A stretch of DNA of 64,000 nucleotides from Thermoanaerobacterales bacterium 50_218 (GTDB taxonomy: Bacteria; Bacillota; DSM-12270; Thermacetogeniales; Thermacetogeniaceae). How positions within the stretch are numbered: position 1 is the stretch's first letter; each line of letters begins with the position of its first letter. The stretch covers positions 8,180-72,179 of the forward strand of contig LGFL01000002.1 of assembly GCA_001508855.1 (NCBI GenBank), read 5' to 3'. Made by a program: the position numbers and the translations under genes. The notes under the pieces were generated by a model. It was not told the origin of the DNA. It searched no databases and was given only the letters and a program-made list of their open reading frames with translations. Below are positions 58,528 to 64,000 of this stretch, in pieces.

Positions 58528-58977
58528 TCAGAATTTCTTTCTCGAATCAAGCAAAATAGTTACCGGTCCGTCGTTTACTATACCTACCTCCATCATTGAC
58601 TGGAACTTCCCGGTAACAATTCTCAGACCACTTTTAGCAAGCAGTTTCAGAAATTCTTCATAAAGCGGAAAAGCTACCTCGGGGGGTGCAGCCTGGGTGA
58701 AGCTCGGACGCCTTCCCTTGCGACAGTCACCGAAAAGGGTAAACTGAGAGACTACAAGGAGTTCACCTTGGATATCCCGGACAGAATGATTGAACTTGCC
58801 CTCCTCATCTGGAAAGACACGGAGGTTGACGATCTTCTCAGCAAGGTAGGAGGCATCATCAAGCTGATCATCAACCCCCACACCAACCAGAACCACCAAC
58901 CCTCTACCGATTGAGCCTCTCCTCTCTCCTTCAACATCAACCCAGGCCCTGCTCACCCTCTGCACAACAGCTCTCAT
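58528..58977 (-). CDS. dtd: D-aminoacyl-tRNA deacylase
   Basis: Contains [11 protein letters not shown] and SQFTLFGD. The ORF is 149 aa. Confidence 0.9.
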   Translation of the reverse strand: MRAVVQRVSRAWVDVEGERRGSIGRGLVVLVGVGVDDQLDDASYLAEKIVNLRVFPDEEGKFNHSVRDIQGELLVVSQFTLFGDCRKGRRPSFTQAAPPEVAFPLYEEFLKLLAKSGLRIVTGKFQSMMEVGIVNDGPVTILLDSRKKF

Positions 58978-59002
58978 CCACTCACCCCGGTCACAGCAGA
59001 TC

Positions 59003-61183
59003 TTAGGAAGGAACTACGCGGTGAACCTCGAGGACATCACTGACACGGCTCACTTTCTGCATGATGTAATAAAGGTGCTCAAGGTCACGGATTTCCAGTT
59101 TCAAATTAACCAGAGCCAGTTTGTCCTTTTTAGCCCGAGCATTAACCGCATTGATGATCGTTTTGGTATCTGCGATTGTATTCATAATATCTGAAGCCAG
59201 GCGGGGTCTGTCAAGAGCTTTTACCTCAATTTCCACCTGGTATGTGGTATCAGTTGTATTGTCCCAACTGACCTCGATCAAGCGTTCTGGTTCATACTGG
59301 TAGTAATGGGCAACATTGGGGCAATCTGCTCTGTGAACCGACACACCCCTTCCCCTAGTGACGTAACCGATAATCTGGTCACCTGGCAAGGGATTGCAGC
59401 AGTGTGCGAGCCGCACGGCAACGTTCTTTTCACCTTTGACCTTAACCCCAGGAGTCGTTCTCTTCTTTTCCTGAACGGGTTTGAGCAACTGTTTGACTTC
59501 TACTTGATCCCTCGGGGGAAGCTCTTCCTCCCTCTCTTTCAGCAGTTGATCCTTGACCTTCCCGACAACCTGGCCAGCACTAACAACTCCCCCTCCGATG
59601 CCTGCATACAAGTCATCCTCACTCTGGAAACCAAAACTTTGAGCAAGCTCTTCGATTGCTTCCAATTTAAAGAAGTCTTCAGGATCGGCACCAATCCGCC
59701 GAACTTCTTTTTCCAAAAGCTCCCGCCCACGTAGGATGTTTTCCTCTCGCTTCTCTTTCTTGAACCACTGCCTGATGCGGTTCTTGGCATGAGAAGTTTT
59801 GACAATAGAAAGCCAATCCCTGCTCGGACCACTGCTCTGCTTCGATGTAAGAATTTCCACAATGTCGCCGTTCTTAAGCTTGTAATCAAGGGGCACGATT
59901 TTTCCATTAACCTTGGCACCGATACACCGGTGACCAACCTCGGTGTGGATCCTGTAAGCAAAGTCAATCGGGACTGAACCTGCAGGAAGTTCAATTACAT
60001 CCCCCTTGGGGGTAAAGACAAAGACAACATCAGAAAAGAGGTCAATCTTTAGAGATTCCATAAACTCCCTGGCATCTTTGAGGTCATGCTGCCACTCCAG
60101 AATTTGCCTCAGCCAGGAAAGTTTCTCCTCAAACTTGGGATCCGAGAGCCGGCCCCCTTCTTTGTAGCGCCAGTGAGCGGCAATTCCGTATTCGGCAGTT
60201 CTGTGCATTTCCCAGGTTCGGATCTGAAGCTCAAATGGTTCACCGAATGGCCCCACCAGGGTAGTATGTAGTGACTGGTACATGTTCTGCTTGGGCATGG
60301 CAATATAGTCCTTGAACCTGCCGGGAATCGGCTTCCACATAGTATGCACGATCCCCAGAACAGCGTAACAATCCCTGACTGTATCCACAATTACCCGGAC
60401 AGCAATCAGGTCGTAGATCTCTGCTAGGTCTTTCCCTTGGTCAACCATTTTGCGGTAGATGCTGTAGAAGTTCTTCGGCCTTCCCGATATATCAGCCTTA
60501 ATTCCGGCAGCATCGAGCTGCTCTCGGATCTTCGAAATAACCAAATTGATATAGTCTTCACGTTCACGCCTCTTTTTGGCAATTCTGGCCACCAGTTCAT
60601 AATACTTTTCTGGTTCCAAAAACCGAAACGCCAGGTCCTCAATCTCCCACTTGATCTTGTAAATCCCCAGCCTGTGAGCAAGGGGGGCAAAAATTTCCAG
60701 AGTTTCCCGAGCTATTTCCCGCTGCTTCTCAACAGGATGATGGTTCAATGTGCGCAGGTTATGGAGGCGATCGGCGAGCTTGATCAAAATAACGCGCACA
60801 TCGCGCGCCATTGCCAAAAACATTCGCCTCAAGTTCTCGGCCTGATGGTCTTCTTTAGATTTATACTCGATCTTTCCCAGTTTGGTAACTCCGGAAACCA
60901 GGAAACTTACTTCAGAGCCGAACTCAGCCTCAATCTCCTCAAGGGTAACTGGAGTATCCTCGACGACATCATGAAGCAAACCAGCAACAATAGTCGTCAG
61001 ATCAAGCTCTAAATCCGCCAAAATGCAAGCAACTTCAAGGGGGTGATTAATAAAGGCTTCTCCAGAATTTCTGAACTGACCAGCGTGAGCCTTGTTGGCA
61101 AAAAAATAAGCCTTTTCAACCAATTCCCGATCAAAGTTGGGATAGTAGCTCTCGATTTTCGCCAGCAGCCTTTGAAGACTCAT
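59003..61183 (-). CDS. relA: bifunctional (p)ppGpp synthetase/hydrolase (long RSH)
   Basis: HD domain (HDVVEDT), synthetase region ([12 protein letters not shown]), and TGS and ACT-like C-terminal domains. Confidence 0.95.
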   Translation of the reverse strand: MSLQRLLAKIESYYPNFDRELVEKAYFFANKAHAGQFRNSGEAFINHPLEVACILADLELDLTTIVAGLLHDVVEDTPVTLEEIEAEFGSEVSFLVSGVTKLGKIEYKSKEDHQAENLRRMFLAMARDVRVILIKLADRLHNLRTLNHHPVEKQREIARETLEIFAPLAHRLGIYKIKWEIEDLAFRFLEPEKYYELVARIAKKRREREDYINLVISKIREQLDAAGIKADISGRPKNFYSIYRKMVDQGKDLAEIYDLIAVRVIVDTVRDCYAVLGIVHTMWKPIPGRFKDYIAMPKQNMYQSLHTTLVGPFGEPFELQIRTWEMHRTAEYGIAAHWRYKEGGRLSDPKFEEKLSWLRQILEWQHDLKDAREFMESLKIDLFSDVVFVFTPKGDVIELPAGSVPIDFAYRIHTEVGHRCIGAKVNGKIVPLDYKLKNGDIVEILTSKQSSGPSRDWLSIVKTSHAKNRIRQWFKKEKREENILRGRELLEKEVRRIGADPEDFFKLEAIEELAQSFGFQSEDDLYAGIGGGVVSAGQVVGKVKDQLLKEREEELPPRDQVEVKQLLKPVQEKKRTTPGVKVKGEKNVAVRLAHCCNPLPGDQIIGYVTRGRGVSVHRADCPNVAHYYQYEPERLIEVSWDNTTDTTYQVEIEVKALDRPRLASDIMNTIADTKTIINAVNARAKKDKLALVNLKLEIRDLEHLYYIMQKVSRVSDVLEVHRVVPS

Positions 61184-61242
61184 CGGCTCACCCCCTTTTA
61201 TCGTATGCTCACCCTGACAACCTTGTCAAGAGAAGGCAAATC

Positions 61243-61602
61243 TTAAAGCTTCTTCTGATTTTCCAAAACTTCTTGCTGAAGTTTGTTGGTATCCTGGAAC
61301 TGCTTCCCTCGCCGAGGACGACTAAAAGAGCCGAGGAAAAGCCCAATAAAAAAACCGCAAAGAACAGTAACCAGAATTACCAAGACCAGAGGAACCTCGG
61401 GAACTGTCCAAAAGAAGAGTTTGATACTTACTGGGCCAGCATTCTGAACCGCAAAAACGGCAATCAAAAGCGCGAAGACCAGGACGCTAAGGACGTAGTA
61501 CTGCACCAGGGTCACCTCCAAAAATCGATAAATGCACCGGAATATTTCGCCATTCTCTTTGAAAAATCCTTTCTTTGTTCCCCAGAGTTCTTCAATTGTC
61601 AA
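61243..61602 (-). CDS. LapA/DUF1049-like small membrane protein
   Basis: Two TM segments (LLIAVFAVQN... and VLVILVTVLCGFFIGLFLG). A GTG start at 61506, behind GGAGG, is plausible. Confidence 0.5.
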   Translation of the reverse strand: MTIEELWGTKKGFFKENGEIFRCIYRFLEVTLVQYYVLSVLVFALLIAVFAVQNAGPVSIKLFFWTVPEVPLVLVILVTVLCGFFIGLFLGSFSRPRRGKQFQDTNKLQQEVLENQKKL

Positions 61603-62470
61603 CCTCTTTTTCCACTTCGCTCGGTTCCAGATGAATTAATACGGATGACCCGGGAAACCTCTGTTGAATGGAGCGCTCGATCTGTTGACAAAGTTCATGA
61701 ACCTCACTGATCCTGCGATCGCGAGGAACCACTAAATGGAAATCGATGTGTCGCTCTGAACCGGCCTTCCGGGTTCGGAGGTTTCGAAACTCAATGTAGT
61801 CATTATGGTGTTGCTCCAGAATTTCCCTGATCATCCTTATTTCCTCTTCAGGCAAGCAGGTGTCAAGAAGAGGAAGAAAAGCTCTCTTCGCTAACTCGAA
61901 AGAGGTCTTTATGATCAGCAAAGCTACTCCAATTGCCAGAAGCGGGTCAAAAATTTGGGAACCAGTAACCCAGAGAAGAAGCAACCCCACACCCACACCG
62001 AATGAGGTATAGACATCGGTTCTCAGGTGCCAGGCATCTGCCTCGAGGGCAACAGAATCAGTCAGTCTCGCAGTTTTCATCAGGACTGAAGAAACCACGA
62101 GATTGACTGTTCCTGAAACAGTCATCACTGCCAAACCCCAAAGCGGTTCCACTACCGGCTCCTTAGTGGCTATTTTCTGAGCAGCTTCCCAAACAATCCA
62201 GGTAGCGGCACCAAAAATCAGTAGAGCTTCCACAAATCCAGCAACATTTTCAAACTTTCCATGACCAAATTGGTGTTCTTCATCAGGGGGTTTTTCACTC
62301 TGATAGACAGCAAAAAGCGCAATTAGAGCAGCCAAAAGGTCAATTCCAGAGTGAATAGCCTCGGAGAGCACACTTACAGAATTAATCGATACTCCAATAA
62401 CAATTTTCATAATCAAGAGAGAAGTATTCGAAAACACCGAGATCTTGGCAACATTCTGCTTCACAGCCAT
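61592..62470 (-). CDS. cation diffusion facilitator (CDF) family metal efflux transporter
   Basis: 292-aa ORF with six TM-like segments, HSGIDLLAA and DAWHLRTD motifs, and a cytoplasmic C-terminal domain. Confidence 0.85.
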   Translation of the reverse strand: MAVKQNVAKISVFSNTSLLIMKIVIGVSINSVSVLSEAIHSGIDLLAALIALFAVYQSEKPPDEEHQFGHGKFENVAGFVEALLIFGAATWIVWEAAQKIATKEPVVEPLWGLAVMTVSGTVNLVVSSVLMKTARLTDSVALEADAWHLRTDVYTSFGVGVGLLLLWVTGSQIFDPLLAIGVALLIIKTSFELAKRAFLPLLDTCLPEEEIRMIREILEQHHNDYIEFRNLRTRKAGSERHIDFHLVVPRDRRISEVHELCQQIERSIQQRFPGSSVLIHLEPSEVEKEVDN

Positions 62471-62596
62471 TTTTTGACCTCCACAATCTTAAAACACCCC
62501 ATGAGGCTAACACCTCCACGACCGAGTGCTTTCCTTCAGGAAATACTCATATGCTAACTTTGTGTCTTTTCAGTTATTGATTTATATTCTATGCAC

Positions 62597-62639
62597 ATAA
62601 AAGGGGCTTCATCAAGTGCCCTGCCCATGATGAAGCCCC
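62597..62639 (-). terminator. rho-independent terminator after cobT
   Basis: The minus strand reads GGGGCTTCATCA-TGGGCAGGGCACT-TGATGAAGCCCC followed by TTTTAT. Confidence 0.8.
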
Positions 62640-62697
62640 AAACTCATGTACGCTTTCATTTCTTTGCTTAATTTGCTACCTCAGAAGAGAGGAAATA

Positions 62698-63753
62698 TCA
62701 ATCCTCAGATTTTTTCGAAACTTGAGCTTCACTGAAGGTAGCCATCTCCCGCAAAATCCGCAACCCTGCTTCGATCAAGTGGAAGGCCAGCACCGCTCCA
62801 GTCCCTTCTCCGAGGCGCATCCGCATCTGGATCATCGGCTCTAGCCCCAACCATTTAAGCATGATTTTGTGCCCTGGCTCTTCAGAAAGGTGAGAGGCGA
62901 TGATATAATCAACAACACGAGGAGCAAGGGCACGGGCGATCATGGCGGCAGCACCGGAAATAAAGCCATCGATAACTACTGGAACCCGAGATGCAGCAGC
63001 ACCTAAAATTACCCCCGCGAGTCCCCCAATCTCGAATCCTCCCACCTTGGACAAAACGTCCAGGCCATCACGGGGATCCGGCTTGTTAACCCTCAGGGCT
63101 CGCTCAATTACTTCGACCTTATGCTGGAGACCACGATCATCGAGGCCTGTCCCCTTACCAGCAATAAGAGAAACGGGGAAACCCGTAAAGGCAGCCAGAA
63201 TTGCTGTACTCGGAGTGGTGTTCCCGATCCCCATATCCCCGGTAGCCAAAAGTTGAACACCTGCAGCAATCTCCTGAGTAGCAACCTCGATTCCCACCTC
63301 GATCGCCTTTCTGGCTTCCTCGAGAGTCATTGCTGGACCCTCGGCAATATTTCGCGTTCCCGGTGCTATTTTCCTGGAAAGCAGGCCAGGCTCCTTGAGA
63401 GGCGCAGCCACCCCGATATCAACGCAAACCACCTCGGCACCCGCATGACGGGACAATACATTGATTGCCGCACCACCACGAAGAAAGTTACGGACCATCT
63501 GGGGTGTAACCTCTTGAGGAAAGGCACTAACCCCTTCAGCAACAACCCCGTGATCCCCAGCCATGACAATAACTGCCTTTTTCTCCAGGGAAGGCATCCA
63601 CTTACCCGTGATTCCGGCGATTTTAACGACAACCTCTTCCAGCATCCCCAGGCTTCCCGGAGGTTTAGTTAGATCATCGAGCCGCAGGCGTGTCCTCTTT
63701 TGTGCCTGCCGATCAAGCTCACCAATTTTTTTAATGGTTTCTTCCAGCAACAA
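62698..63753 (-). CDS. cobT: nicotinate-nucleotide--dimethylbenzimidazole phosphoribosyltransferase
   Basis: Contains DLTKPPGSLGMLE and GDMGIGNTT. I place the start at TTG 63753, 7 nt after GAGGAGGG. The ORF-track ATG at 63831 lies upstream of the riboswitch terminator. Confidence 0.85.
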   Translation of the reverse strand: MLLEETIKKIGELDRQAQKRTRLRLDDLTKPPGSLGMLEEVVVKIAGITGKWMPSLEKKAVIVMAGDHGVVAEGVSAFPQEVTPQMVRNFLRGGAAINVLSRHAGAEVVCVDIGVAAPLKEPGLLSRKIAPGTRNIAEGPAMTLEEARKAIEVGIEVATQEIAAGVQLLATGDMGIGNTTPSTAILAAFTGFPVSLIAGKGTGLDDRGLQHKVEVIERALRVNKPDPRDGLDVLSKVGGFEIGGLAGVILGAAASRVPVVIDGFISGAAAMIARALAPRVVDYIIASHLSEEPGHKIMLKWLGLEPMIQMRMRLGEGTGAVLAFHLIEAGLRILREMATFSEAQVSKKSED

Positions 63754-63785
63754 AACAGATCCCTCCTCACAATTACTAATTTTTG

Positions 63786-63823
63786 CTAAAACGAAAGTCC
63801 CCAACCACACGGCTGGGGACTTT
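63786..63823 (-). terminator. expression-platform terminator of the cobalamin riboswitch
   Basis: The minus strand reads AAAGTCCCCA-gccgtgtggt-TGGGGACTTT followed by CGTTTT, between the B12 box and the cobT RBS. Confidence 0.7.
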
Positions 63824-63839
63824 ACCATCATCCTCCAGT

Positions 63840-64000
63840 AATCAGGCCGACAGGCAGGTCTCCTGGCTCGCAGTCATCCTCCCCCGAACCTTCCCAGACT
63901 GGTGGACCAGCCCAGTGGCTTTTTCGGGTTCGTCCCTGCTCACAGTGGCGGGACCGCTCAGGATTTTCACCTGATTCCCTATTCTCCCCATTCGGGGCAC
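63840..64000 (-). promoter_or_regulatory. cobalamin (B12) riboswitch aptamer, possibly cut by the window edge
   Basis: The minus strand shows AATAGGGAA, GGTGAAAATCC, CGCCACTG, GCCACTGGG and the B12 box AGCCAGGAGACCTGCC (63853-63868). Confidence 0.85.

Noticed and set aside
62471-62596. Possible NiCo (czcD-motif) metal riboswitch in the ~110-nt leader of the CDF transporter. It shows hairpin TTTCC-TGAA-GGAAA and ATGAG...CTCAT pairing.
   Set aside because: I could not recognise the conserved four-way-junction core of the czcD motif, and the helices are short. Only an Infernal search with the Rfam NiCo model could revive this idea.
63754-63831. 26-residue N-terminal extension of CobT, and an apparent GGAGGATGATG start.
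   Set aside because: The riboswitch terminator hairpin lies downstream of that ATG. A better RBS and TTG start follows the terminator.
1-64000. Search for CRISPR arrays, transposases, integrases, phage genes, toxin-antitoxin or defence islands, and rRNA.
   Set aside because: None seen. All sizeable ORFs are housekeeping, sporulation or conserved hypothetical genes. I noticed no long repeat families or composition breaks by eye.

Overview
This 64-kb window looks like conserved chromosomal backbone of an anaerobic, endospore-forming Firmicute. That placement is an inference from gene content: spoIVA, spoIIP, spmA/spmB, ytfJ, a YIEGIA protein, hdrBC and an IspH-S1 fusion. I call about 66 protein genes, and all but one (radical-SAM gene 50722..51633) lie on the minus strand. 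Read along the minus strand from high to low coordinates, the order is as follows. (1) Cobalamin riboswitch-cobT, a CDF transporter, a LapA-like protein, relA-dtd-MBL hydrolase-hisS-aspS, then a promoter-driven structured RNA that is probably 6S RNA. (2) A Clp-fold protease, paaK-ACT, an M28 peptidase, a MetE-like protein, a DUF1858 protein, a beta-CASP-like MBL protein, lysA, a DHH-CBS-nucleotidyltransferase protein, an M50 protease and trpS. (3) ytfI/ytfJ-spmAB, rluB, a corrinoid-type ABC importer plus cobO, an HDOD/HutP-like/aroH/ferredoxin cluster, and a zinc-ribbon protein with an FAD oxidoreductase. (4) aroF-pheA-tyrA-aroA-cmk-plsC-ispH/S1, mobA, a sporulation block (YlaJ-like, DUF1614-like, spoIIP, YIEGIA pair), DUF512-der-plsY-gpsA and spoIVA. 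(5) hom-thrC-thrB-lysC, tRNA-Pro, a large membrane protein, an arginase-fold protein, speD and hdrCB. I saw no mobile elements, CRISPR arrays, prophage or defence genes, so this is a largely ordinary core region. The items most worth a second look are these. (a) The ~250-nt RNA after aspS. (b) An unclassified terminator-containing leader before the aro operon, together with a HutP-family protein encoded next to aroH. (c) Non-canonical variants of housekeeping proteins: CobO with a Cys-cluster insert, a BtuD-like ATPase with a 180-aa tail, a nucleotidyltransferase with altered catalytic motifs, and a TrpRS with an Fe-S type Cys motif. Several ORF-track starts are over-extended, and I corrected them where an RBS, a neighbouring stop codon or RNA structure supports a different start. 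All family assignments come from motifs read by eye in the translations. No searches were run.
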